64,000 nt of DNA, taken from the NCBI GenBank assembly GCA_037447605.1, contig CM074818.1:620001-684000 (forward strand), read 5' to 3'. The DNA is from Zygnema circumcarinatum SAG 698-1b (lineage: Eukaryota; Plantae; Zygnematophyceae). Positions 13,107-25,260 of this stretch are shown piece by piece (the first letter of the stretch is position 1; the number at the start of each line of letters is the position of its first letter). Made by a program: the position numbers and the translations under genes. Under the pieces are notes generated by a model, which was given only the letters and a program-made list of their open reading frames with translations, was not told the origin of the DNA and searched no databases.

Positions 13107-15427
13107 GAGAGAGAGAGAGAAAGACGGAGTCCTTACAAGAGTTGGAGGAACTCGAGAGCTTTGAGGTTTGATGGAATTTCTCCTTCCAATCCGTTTCCGG
13201 CGAGGTCCCTGAACCCTCCGATTGGGGCCTTGTCACCCTCTCCTTTCACAGAACCCTAACTTTAAAATCTCTTCTTTATGTGTTTGTAGGGTTTTTAGAG
13301 TTTGCTCAGAAAAGTGGGGAGAAAAACTTCTTTAATTCTCACTACTGTCACTGTTGGCTGAAAATCCTGAAGTGAAAATGGATTGAATTTGATTCCAAAA
13401 ACAAAATAGTCGGAAAAAAATCCATTTTTTTCAATCCTTTTTTGGGAGTGTGGCTGCTTACAGGTAGATGAGATTCTCGAGCTTTGTAATTTCCGAGGAA
13501 AGGTTTCCCTGCAGACCGCAGCCTCTGCAGCTCCTGCCCAAAAAAATAAAGGGGGAATGGAAAAAATGAAAGTTTGAGTTTGGGTTTGGAGTTTGAGTTA
13601 CAATGTCGATATTCATTATTGGTGTTTCTCTTCCTCTCCCTCGACCTCTCCTTCTACTTATTTTATCTATCTCTGTGCTCCTCTCTTCTCCCATATCCAC
13701 GGGCAGAGTGAGAGAGAAGAGGGAGAATGAGCAGAAAAAAAAGACCGGAGAGAGGGAGAGGGAGGAGAGAGAGGGGAGAGAGGGCGAGCGAGAGAGGGAG
13801 AGGGAGACGGAGAGGAAGAGGTGGAGGAAGAGAGGGAGAGAGGGGAAGACAGAGCGAGAGTGAGGGGAGAGAGGAAGAGGGAGACAGGTCAGAGGGGGAG
13901 AAGGAGAAGGAGAGGGAGAAAGGGGAAGAGAAAGAGAGGGGGACGAGAGGAAAAGGGGGAGACAGAGGTCAGAGAGGGAGGAGTGAAGGAGAGATGGGAG
14001 GGGGGAGGGAGGGAGAGGGAGGGAGAGGGAGCGCACCACATCTGCAGCTCGGTGAGAGCTGTGATCGAGACCGGGAACTGTGCGCCGAACGCGTTCTCAT
14101 CCATGTTCCTGCGCCACCAGGTGTGCCCCTAATGTTACAGGCTGGGGGGAGGGAGAATGAGGGAGAGAGAGAGATGGGGGAGGGAGAGAGAGAGGGCAAG
14201 CGAGAGGGAAGGAAAGAGAGTGGGAGGAGAGGGGGAGGGCTAGAGAGAGGGAGAGGGAGAGAGGGAGAGAGAGAGATGGCCAGAGAAATAGAGAGAGAGG
14301 GAGGGGGAGGGGATGGGGGAGGGGGAGGAGGGAGGAGAAAGTGAAGGGAGGAGAGATTTCTTCTGCGGGTTTTAGGGTTTGTGGAGTCCTTACAAGTTTC
14401 GGAGCTTCTTGAGTTGAGCGATGTTTTCAAGTCCGCCTGAAAACTTGTTCTGGCTTATGTCCCTTTTGCATGCAAAATAAAAAATACAGAAAATTATCAA
14501 AAAAAGAAACGTCGAATTTCGAAACACAAGAAATGGAACAGAAAGATAAACCGAATCAGTTATTTTTTTGAGGTGTAAAATTCGAGGTAGATAGAATAAT
14601 AAACAGAATAATTAGAAAGAAATAAAAAATGGGTCTTACAGATCGGTGAGCTCTTCCAGATTCAAATTCGACGGAATCGTTCCGTTGAATTCATTCAGTT
14701 GCAGTTCTCTGCCGTTCAACGGAAAGCGGAACGGAATTCAGTTGACATGCAACATAGAACCACAAGCGTTTAGTCATCCAGTTGGCCAACATTCGTCAAA
14801 AACCCTAACCTTTAAATTGATTTCATCAAATATGTACATAAATTGTGTTTGACAGGCAGTCTATTGACTATTTCAAAAACCCTTTTGACCAAAATTTTGA
14901 CTAATTTTTGGTAACAACAAGTTCTTACAGCATCAAGAGGCTCGAAAGGTTTCCGATGACTTTTGGGAACTCTCCAGTAAAGCGGTTGCCAGCTATGCTC
15001 CTGCAACGGGCACATAGAAACGCTCACAGTTTCAGTCGCAGTTACAGTTTTACAGTTAGAGAGAGGGGGACGGGAGGGCAAGGAAGAGAGAGTGTGAGGG
15101 AGAGGAAGGGAGGGGAAGAGGGCCAAGGACTGACCGAGAGCCTGTAGGATGTGAATGAGAGAGAGAGAGAGTGAGAGAAAAAGAGAGCGGCAAACAGACA
15201 AAGACAGAGAGGAGAGACCGACAGACAGAGGGAGAGAGACAGACAGACAGACAGAGTGGGGAAGAGACATAGACAGAGGAGAGTGGCAGCGTGAGAGAGA
15301 GAGAGAGACAGACAGAGACGGATAGGGGGAGAGAGACAGACAGAGGGGGGTTGAGAGCGTGAGGGAGAGAGAGAGCGGGGAGAGAGACAGAGAAGAGAGA
15401 GAGTGACAGAGAAAGAGACAGGGGGGT

Positions 15428-15482
<55 letters not shown>

Positions 15483-18400
15483 AAGTTCTTACAAGGAAGT
15501 AATAACCTCCCAATTGATGAAGGTCTGAGACAGATCTCCGTCCAAATTGTTGTTACTCAAAATCCTGCCCTCCGCCCAAACCCTAAAAACCGTCAACCAG
15601 GGAAACAGTTTTCGGCATAAAACTTGCTCCCAAAGTTTTAGGTTAAAACTTTAATTTCCAACATTCAAATTGAAATGTTTGAGCTTAAATATTTGATATG
15701 TGAGGACTTGAAGTTCGAATTATTTGATTATTTGAATATTTAAAGATTCGAATATTTGATAGTTGAAAGATATTTGGGCTTACAAACTGTCGATTTTCGA
15801 GAGCTGAGAGAACTCTTCAGGAATGGAACCGCTCAAATTCAAGCTTCCAAGATTCCTGCATTCAAAAGTCAAATAAATAAATAAGCTCCAAAGATCTCTC
15901 TCTCCCTCACGCTCCCATTCTCCTCTGTCTGTCTCTCTCCCTCCGTCTCTCTCTCTCTCCTCCCTGTCTTTGTCTCTCTGCCGTTGTCTTTTTCTCTCAC
16001 TCTCTCCCTCGATCTCTCATTCACGTCCTACATCCCCTCCCTTCGTCTCCCTGACTCTCTCTCTTCCTTCGTTTAGGGTTTAGGGTTTAGGGTTAAGGGT
16101 TATCGGTAAAAGCTGAGCAGCTCACAGATAAGTCAAAGCGGTGTAGTTTCCAAAGAAAGGAGGAATTGTCTCCTCGTCAAAAGGATTGGAATCCAAAGTC
16201 CTGAAAATAAATAAATAAAATGAAAGGGGGGAGGGGGCAGAATTGAAAGAGTGAGAAGAAAAAAGGGCCAAAAAAAAATTTCAATCAAATATTTTTTTTT
16301 CTGGCCTCTATTCGGGAGCATGAAAGTAAAGAACAAATTTTTAAAGCAAAAAGACTCACAAGTAGGCCAAGTTTGGGAAATCGCCCATGAAATCGCAAAA
16401 TTTTCCCGAAAATTGGTTGTATCTAAGGCTCCTGGAAACGACAGTAAATTGGAAACAAAAGTAATATGTCAAAATCCCAAAAAATAAAAAATAAACAAAC
16501 AAACAAACAAAATCTGTTCTTTTTTTTTAAAGAAATCAACGAAATTTAATCGAAACTAGACACTTACAAATATTTAAGGTTCGTCAGATTCTTTAATTGA
16601 GGGCTTCCCGTGAAGTTATTTTCGCTCAAATCTCTGCACCCCCTCACCGTCCAATCAAAATCAACCAAAAAGTAGAAAATTACAGAAGTTAAATTTGTCA
16701 GATAGATCAGTTTCCTCTATGCATTTATATTCCAATTAAGAAGAAAAATCTTTTTTTTTAAGGGCTAAAGTATGCATACAAGTATTCCAAGCTGGTCAAC
16801 GCTTCCATGGAGACAGTTCCGTTGAAAGCGCTCTGCAGGACGTCGTCTTTGTCGAAATATTGGTTCGCTGCGAGGCTCCTGCGAACCGCCCGTTTTCAAA
16901 CATAGGCATGAGAGAGCGGGGGGAGAGAGAGAGAGGAAGGGGAGAGAGAGCGGGGGGAGAGAGAGAGGAAGGGGAGAGAGAGAGACCGGGGGGGGAGAGA
17001 GCAGGGGGAGAGAGAAAGGGGAGAGAGAAGGGGGAGATAGAGAGGAGAGGCAGTGAGAGAGTGGGGGAGAGAGAGGGGAGGGGAAGAGGAAAGAGGGGGA
17101 CAGAGAGAGCGAGGTGGAGAGAGGGAGCGGGGGGAGAAGGAAGAGGGAGATAGAGAGGAGGGGGAGTGAGAGACCGGGGGAGAGGAAAGAGGGGGAGAGA
17201 GAGAGCGGGGTGGAGAGAGAGAGCCGGGGAAGCGAGAGAGGAGGATTCATCGGCATGGGTGCATGCACATGCATGCACATGCACTTTTTCACTCTCCACT
17301 GCATTCAACTCCTACATCACCTGCACCGACTGCTTCACATGAATCACATGTATGCATGCGTATGCTTCACCTGCATCCATGCATGCAGATGCGCCATCTA
17401 TCTTGCATGCATCCCCGGCATCATGTGGATGATCTGCATGCACATGCATCACCTGCGTCACATACATAGGCTCATACCCATGCCTACGCATACAGGACCC
17501 ATGCTGCCATGCATATGCATCCCTTTTTTTTGGGCAAGAGAAATGGGCTCCAAGGGCTGAGCGGCGCACAGATAGGTCAGCCTTGTGAGCGAGGCAATGC
17601 TGGCGGGCAGCTCCCCAAAAAGTATGTTCCTGCTCAAGTCTCTGCAAGGAACGGCGAAAAAAAAAAAAGGGAGTCGCACAGTGAATCGCCGCACAGTTTC
17701 TTTGTAAAAGCAGAGAGTCCTTAGCTTTAGCTTCCAACCATATATATATATATTTGAGAGTAATGTTGTGTCTTACAGGAACTCGAGGTTTGTCAAGTTT
17801 CCGATGTCTCTTGGTATCCTCCCAGTGACAGTACTCCCTCTCAAGGCCCTGCAGCATTGATCAGAGCAGCCCATGAGTAGGAGAGGGGAGAGAGAGGGGA
17901 GCGAGGGAGAGGAAGAAAACGAGCGGGAGAGGGAGAGAGAGAAAGACGGGAAGGGGAGGGGGAGGGATAGTGAAATGGAGTGTTGAGAAGAGAAGGGGGA
18001 GAGAGGGCGAAGGGAGGAAGATAGAGAGGCGCGAGCAAGAGAGGGGGAGAGAGGGGCAAGAGCCATACATAGAGAGAGAGAGAGAGAGAGACAGGGAAAG
18101 AGACAGAGAGAGAGAGAGAGGGACAAGTGAGATTTACAATGTCGTCAAAGAAGTGAGCTTGGTGATTTCTTCCGAGAGCGTGCCGTTCAGAACGTTCCCA
18201 TAGAAATCGCCTTTGTAAGCGCTCGCATCGATTGTGGGGTTCATCTCCGTTCCGTCCTCAAAAGGGATCGGCAAAGTGGTGAGGACCCTGCGTACAATGA
18301 CCCACAAAGGAGAAAAAACACATATGGCATCAGTATGTAGTTGCATATGCTTACACCTTACTGTGCACACATTTTCCGTCCCCTTCTACTGTCTCATCGT

Positions 18401-20338
18401 TCCGTCTCTCTCCCCCATCTACCTTACCCTTTCATTTCGATTATATTCTCGAGCCTCTCTCCTTCTCTCCTTCCTTCCTCTCTCCCTTCTCTCCACTTTC
18501 CTTTCACCATTCGCCTATTTCCCAACTCACTTTATCCCTCCCCCTCTCCCCCTCCCTCCCGCCCACCCTTCTCAACCTCTCCTCTCCTCTCCCTACCCCC
18601 CCCCCCCACAAGCCCTTCCCCCTACTCCTCCCTCCCACTCCCTCCCTCACTCCCTTCTCACCCCCTCCCCACCTCTCCCTACTTCCTCACTCTCCTCCCC
18701 CTCCCCATACTCCTTCCCTCTCCCACTCTCTCCCTCCCTCACCGAACAAACCTAACGTTGTGTTCTTGTACGTAGCAGACACAAACAAGGGCCCACTCAC
18801 ATTCAAGCTATGTTCCAATGATCTCTAAGGAGGCCCATATCAAGCACTGCTTACAAGGAGACAACATTTCCCGCGTCATCGCACGTCACGCCGAGCCATT
18901 TGCCGCACTCGTTCGCGGGAAACCACGAAGCGAACAGCGAGTCGTCGATGGCTCCCAAACTCTCCTTCACATTTTGCAATACCTCTGCAAGCGAATCAAA
19001 CGAACAAAAGTATATTTCTCATGATGTGGTATTTTGTTGGAGGGAGAGAGGGAGGGAGGGAGGGAGGAGGGGGGGTAGGAGAGGGAGAGGAGGGAGGGAG
19101 GTGGGGGGTGGGAGAGGAGAGGAGGGAGGTGGGGGGTGGGAGGTGGGAGAGGGAGAGGAGGGAGGGAGGTGGGGGGGTGGGAGAGGGAGAGGAGGGAGGG
19201 AGGTGGGGGAGTGGGAGAGGGAGAGGAGGGAGGGTGGGGGTGCGGGAGAGGGAGAGGAGGGAGGGAGGTGGGGGGTGAGGGGTTGGAGAGGGAGAGGAGG
19301 GAGGGAGGTGGGGGGTGGGAGAGGGAGAGGAGGGAGGGAGAGGAGGGAGGGAGGTGGGGGGGGTGGGGGGCTGGGAGAGGGAGATGAGGGAGGGAGGTGG
19401 GGGGGTGGGAGAGGGAGAGGAGGGAGGGAGGTGGGGGGGTGGGAGAGGGAGAGGAGGGAGGGAGGTGGGGGGGTGGGAGAGGGAGTGGAGGGAGAGAAGG
19501 GGGTGGTGGGAGGGGAGAGGGTGGGTAGTGGAGGTGTGGGGCGAATGAGAGGGGGTGATGGTCATTGCGTTGTTCACTATCTTGTTTATTGATTTCTATT
19601 TAAGTTCAGTCAATTTTCGGAAAGTTGATCATAATTCATTTTTCCATTGTTCAGTATAACTTGAATGTTATACTGAAGCAATTTCGAAGAGATAAAGTCA
19701 TGGACGATTGCTCGCCTTGTTGGTCGACATTCACGGAGACGGCTTCGAGGGGTTCAGCGAAGCCCGAGATCAAACAGATGAACGCAATCCAAAATGCTGC
19801 AAAAAAGCTCGTCCTGATCAAGCGAAGGAAACCACGAAGATATACATCAGTATAGTTTAAGATAACAAAAGGAAAAATAGCCTGCCAAAGAGAGAGGAGG
19901 GAGTTGGGGGTTAGGAAGGGAGAGGGGAGAGGGAGAGGGAGAGGAGGGAGGGAGGAGGGAGGGAGGAGGGAGGGAGGAGGGAGGGAGGAGGGAGGAGGAG
20001 GAGGAGGAGGAGGAGGGAGGAGGGAGGTGGGGGAGTGGGAGAGGGAGAGGAGGGAGAGGGAGGGAGAGAGAGGGGGTGGCAGAGAGGGAGCGCAAGAGGG
20101 GGGGGGAAGGGGAAGGGGAGAGAGGGAGGGAGGCCGGGAGGAAGTGAAAGAGAGGGGGAGAGTGTATAATTTAAATAGCTAAAAATCCTATTTTGCACTA
20201 ATTCAAAATCAAAAAAATAAATAAATAAATAAAAAGCACATTCGAATCGCATCATGTGAATGAGGGTATCCCATTGCGACCATGTTCGAACCTTGTCATT
20301 GGGAGTGAGCTTCTTAGTCTCGCTGAGGGGGCATCCAT
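10576..20338 (-). CDS. Secreted LRR protein (~706 aa): signal peptide, LRRNT cap, ~20 plant-type LRRs, LRX-like Cys motif, EGF-like module, no TM or kinase. Exons 20338-20292, 19813-19716, 18984-18855, 18287-18138, 17848-17777, 17641-17570, 16878-16780, 16633-16568, 16431-16360, 16200-16126, 15855-15784, 15564-15493, 15000-14929, 14708-14640, 14462-14394, 14108-14037, 13533-13462, 13208-13137, 12758-12687, 12496-12425, 12285-12223, 11930-11862, 11197-10866, 10637-10576 (last exon tentative)
   Basis: Signal MTRTSFFAAFWIAFICLISGFA. LRRNT FASWFPANECGKWLGVTCDDAGNVVSL. Repeats include DLSENEFSGEIPADIGELPSINEL and DLAGNGLEGEIPSNLKALEFLQLL. NCLPPSARLGVQRPAADCARFC is followed by CGQFGVCVPTAEGFDCKCEDGY. 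All junctions are phase-consistent. Confidence 0.9.
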
Positions 20339-21198
20339 CGCTACCGCAAGAGAGGGACTGAATAGAGAGGGAGAGAGGGAGGTAGAGCGAGTGAGCGGGA
20401 GAGAGAGAGGGAGAGGGAGGAGGGAGGGCGAGAGAGAGAGGTAGAGAGAAGGGAGAGAGAGGAGGGACAGAGATCGAGGGAGGAGTGAGGTAGCGAGAGA
20501 GGGAGAGCGAGTGAGCGGGAGAAAGTGGGGGGAGAAGGGAGAGATAGGGAGGGAGAGAGGAGGGAGCAAGAGCGAGGGAGGAGTGAGAGAGGGAGGGAGA
20601 GAGTGAGAGGCGCAGTGGCAGTAACCGGCGGCGGAGGGCCGTCATAAGGGGCCGAGAGCGGCGCCGTTCCCACTTGCCTTGCGCGCCAGCCGGGCTGCGG
20701 TGTGCGCCGAACGGTCGGTGGAAAATTTTTCGGTGTTGCCCGCACCTGCGGGCAGGCGAAACTTCTGTCGCTTTCGCCAGGGAGCTGGGCCGTCCGAACG
20801 TTCAACCGTATGCATTCACTACGTTCGTACGAATTAATGTACGAATGAGTCGACTGGTCAACACTAACTGGACTATGACGTCAGCAGTCTTGTGGATATT
20901 ACCGGCGCCAGGTATACCCGGTTGATAGGTTTATCTGTTTGTTTGACACGTGACATAATTTGATTGGTGAGAATAAATCAAACCGACAAATTTATCGGAC
21001 AATTTGTCGGCAATTATTGTCCTTTCCAAGAGATCCACTCGGTATTTTAACTACACGACAAATTGTTGATTTTCAAGATTTCTCCTGTGCTTTGTCTTTT
21101 CTTATAAATTTTGTGTACGGATGTCGCTCTGAAATTCCAAATTTCAAACATTTTCGTGTTCACATGGGAAGTTGCTCTTCCTTAATTCCCGCGCCTGC

Positions 21199-21253
21199 CA
21201 CGTGGCCACGTGTGTCCACGTGGACGAACTAAAAGCGGGTCCAGACACACGTG
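21199..21253. promoter_or_regulatory. Cluster of four CACGTG (G-box/ABRE-like) motifs in the divergent intergenic region; more at ~21982-22010
   Basis: CACGTG at 21199, 21207, 21217 and 21248, between the head-to-head LRR and METTL24-like genes. Function is inferred only. Confidence 0.4.
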
Positions 21254-22271
21254 GCAGAGGAGCCCTGGTCGTTTCGCCAGCTGGCAAGCCCACCGACCAA
21301 TGACACTTGCGGACGAGGTGCATATATTTTGAGACATTCACACTTTAAAACACAAAAACAACAAACAAGCTGAATTTGAACGGGCTCGACTGTTCCAACG
21401 GATGGTTGGACCATTTTGCGTTACCGTCGGTAACTCATACCGCATGTATATATGTATGTCATGTGTGTAGAGGGGCAACCATTGGACGCATCCCTCAACT
21501 GCCAACCATTGGCAATGGTCGGAACCAGTACCATCAGGCCGAACTATTACCCCCATGACACTTGCCTCCTAGAAGGTTTGACATGGCATGCTTGGAATCT
21601 ACGCAAGAGACTAAGTGGTGCCTCTAGCCATTGCAATTCTGCAACATCCTACGTACATTGTCAACATTGTATGCGCACATTGGCATGAGCCAACATCCTC
21701 GAAGGGCTCTACGGGCTTTACGGGTCGAGGGTTGGCCTCTTTGTTCGCCGTTCTCCCCCTGGAGCCGTACGGTCCGCGGCCACACTGCGACGACCGTACA
21801 GTGCGATATCGACCAGCATAGCGCGATATATCTCTAAACAATATGATACGATACGTACATATTCTGAAGATACGATATAGTATGAATCTTGCAACGATAC
21901 GTTACGATACAGAACCGAAGTCGGCGCTGAGTCCTGCGCGGTGTCGGCAGAAAGCGCAGGGACTGACAGACACCCAATGGGCACGTGCCACGTGGTATAG
22001 TGTACACGTGTCGCAATACCATTGGCTGATTCAAGAATAGTTCACAATGCAAAGGTCACTGGGGGCACAGCGCAGACTACGCACACTCCCCTTCTCCTTT
22101 CCCTCTCTCTCTCCGTTTCTGATCCTCCCACTCTGCATGTTCGCCCCTCCCTCTCTCCCTCCCTCTCCCTCTCCATCCCTTCTCCCTCTCTGTCTCTCCC
22201 ACCCTATCCTCCACTCCCTCTGCCTCTCTCTCGCCCTCTCCCTCTCCCTCCCCCTCCCTCTCTCTCCCTCC

Positions 22272-25260
22272 ATGTCGTCCCTCTTCCACCGCGCCAGACC
22301 CCCCACCGAAGGGAGGGAGGGCCTCTCCGGCGGCGCCATTCTCCGGCGAATAGCGCGCGGGAGGCTGGCGGGGAGCACATGGAAAGGGGTCCTCAGTTCC
22401 GTTGGACTGCTGCCCATTCTGAGAGCGACAGCTGTCCTCCTCGCCATCGCCGCCGTGCACGAATTGTACGCTGCCACGTGGCAGAAGGAGGCGAAGGAGA
22501 CGGGGCCCCCGCCATGGCTTAGGGAGATTCTGGGGAATGTGACGAGGGAGGTGGGGGGGAGGGAGAGGTGTGAGTGCGGGGAGGGGAGGAGAGAGGTGGT
22601 AGTGTGTGGGAGGGAGGGAGGGGGGGGAGAGGGAGAGGGAGAGGGAGAGGAGGGCGAGAGGGGGGTGGTGGGAGGGGAGAAGGTGGGAGAGGGAGTTGTG
22701 GGAGAGGGAGAGGGAGAGGGAGTGGGAGCGGTGGGAGAGGGGAGGGAGGGCGGAGGGAGGGAGGAGGAGATCAGGTGGCGGAGGGAGGCGGAGAAAATTT
22801 ACAAGGTGAGGGTTACAGGGTTTTGGGGTTTTGGGGAATTTTAGGGCTTGAATGTGGAGGGTATGAGGTGGAGGAATGCGCCAATGGGGAGTTGGTTTGG
22901 AGGGCGGGAGGCTGGGATGCATGGAGAGGGAGGGGAGAGGGAGGGAGGGGAGGGAGAGAATGTAGAGAGTGAGAGTGATAAAGGAAGAGAAAGGGGAGGA
23001 GAAGATCGCGAGAGGGAGTGGAGGGAAGGAAATGTTTAGTGATAAAGTGACAGATAGCAATGGGGGCAGAGGCAGGCGATAACTGTAAAGTAGTACTTGT
23101 CATAATTTTTGTAGTTATTAAAAGTGCTTATTTGTATATCCTATTTTTTCATACTAAAAATCCCTTCAAAGATATTTTCAATACAGTTTCAATCTTGGCG
23201 TCGTGATCTGTAAATCCTAAATCTTTATCTCTGCCTCTCTCGCTCTATCTCTATTTTCTCCCTCCATCTCTCCCTCTCCCTCTCTCTCCCTCCCCCCTCT
23301 CCCTCCCCCCCTCTCCCTCCCCCCCTCTCTCCCTCCTCCCCCTCTCTCCCTCTCCCGCTCTCTCCCTCCCCCCTCTCTCCCTCCCCCCCTTCTCTCCTCC
23401 CCTCTCTCCCTCCCCCCCTCTCTCCCTCCCCCTTCTCTTCCTCCCACCCTTTTCTCCCTCCCACCCTTCTCTCCCCCCCTCTCTCCCTCTCCGTCTTTCT
23501 CTCCCTCCCGCCCTCTCTTCCTCCCCCTTTTTTTCCCCCCCTTCTCTTCCCCCCCTCTCTCCCTCTCCTTCTCTCGCTCCCNNNNNNNNNNGTCCCTCCC
23601 CCCTTCCTCTCCCTCTCCCTCCCTCCTCTCCCTCCCCTCTCCCCTCCCCCCCCCTCCCCCCCCCCAGCGCAACCTATGGCGCCGCGCCACGTGGGTGGGC
23701 GATGCCAGCTGGATGGTACGGCAGCGCTTTTTGGAGTTCTACACGGCTGCCACGTATCCATGCTTCGGCGAGCGGCGCTTTGGGAACTGGACACTTGGCG
23801 GCCAGGCATTGGCTCCCCTCCAATGACTCGCCCGCAAAACGACACTCAAGTTGTTGTTGTTGTTGTTCATGTTGTTGTTGTTGTTCATGTTGTGCTCATA
23901 AAGTTCTCTAAGGACTTACTTTCCATCAAGTGTGAAGCATGGATTTACGGAGCAAGATATGGGGGCTTACTTTGTATTTGTTTTTGGGTGCAATTAATGG
24001 CAGTGGCTGTGTCGGTCGAATACATTGAACAGAGAATCTGTCGTATACAGGTACGAATTCTAACTTTAAATTTATATATATGTATATATATAGCTGGCTG
24101 TCTTTTTATTATTTTATGATAATGAACAGGACAAGGAGCGAATTTCAGATATCATTAACCCTTCAAGTATTTTGAAAGCCCTGAAACCCTAAAAATCTGA
24201 AACCCTAAAATTTGGGGTGATGGCTCCTCTCCAGCATTGGCGAATCCATGGACGATTCTTTTATTCATGATATTTACAAAAGCAAAGGGGTACAAATACA
24301 CGTTGTCTCCCCCCGGGTCCCGCGCATGAGCGAGGCTTTTTTTTACCATCGAGTCAAAACCAGACTTTCGCCAGACTTGACATCGGCCGACTTTGTCTCG
24401 GAAGCCCTCAACCGCACAATGCAAACTTTTGCTCGAGCCAAAAGTGTGCGAGACAAGTTGGGCCACGAATGGATCGATTTGGCGACGGTAAACTGCGGAG
24501 GAGTGTGCCATGGAGCCTCCTTGAGAAGCTTCCTGGAAGCTTCCAAGGGGAGGGAGGGAGTGAGGGTGGGGCAAGTGCTACTTCACTTGAGAGGGTGAGA
24601 GAGATACTTTTCCTCTCCCTTCTTCACGCTCTCCCTCTCTCGTTTCTCCCCCTTTCTCTCTCTCTTCCCTTCCCCACTCTCCCTTCCCGTTTCCCCCTTT
24701 CTCAGACTTACCCTCTCTCCCGCCCTTCACGCACTCCCTTCCCCTCCTTTCTTTCTCTTCCAGAGCCTTTTTCTTCTGTTTCCGGTTTGTTAAAAACTTT
24801 CCATTTTGTTCAACTTCTTCATCCGAGAGAGAGAGAGAGAGAGAGGGGGGGGAAAGGGAGGGAGGAAGAGGGAGAGGGTGAGAGAAAGGGAGAGGGAGGT
24901 GGAGAGAGAAGGAAAAGAGGAGAGTGGGGGAGAGGGGGAGAGGGGGAGAGGCGAGGGGCGAGGGGCGAGGGGCAGGGGGAGAGGGAGAGAGAGAGGAGGG
25001 GCAGAGGGAGAGACTCATTAGAGTCAGTCCAGTTAATTACAATATGGGCAAATGAAGAAAAATAGCCATAGTAACCCTAACCCCTCCTCTCACTCCCTTG
25101 CAGAATCCCCAGCGGAGACTTTGCATTTGAAGTCCTTGAAGCCATGGAGCAGCTTGGGTATCGCTTGTTCCATGCGGAGAAGAACTTTTACTATGCCAAG
25201 TCCATCCTAGTGAGCTACATCCATGAGACCCTTGTCATGCCGGACATGGCTCCCATGTAA
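22272..25260 (+). CDS. METTL24/Methyltransf_22 (FkbM-related)-like type II membrane protein with degenerate motifs. Exons 22272-22805, 23668-23805, 24004-24050, 24235-24594, 25104-25260
   Basis: N-terminal hydrophobic anchor VLSSVGLLPILRATAVLLAIAAV. Motif order CFGERRFG..GGQ|WLC..VVYS|IG..DDSF..QIHV..LGHEWIDL..VGQVLLHL..LGYRLFHAEKN..VSYI follows the Methyltransf_22 pattern. Phases are consistent with one GC-AG intron. Confidence 0.75.
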
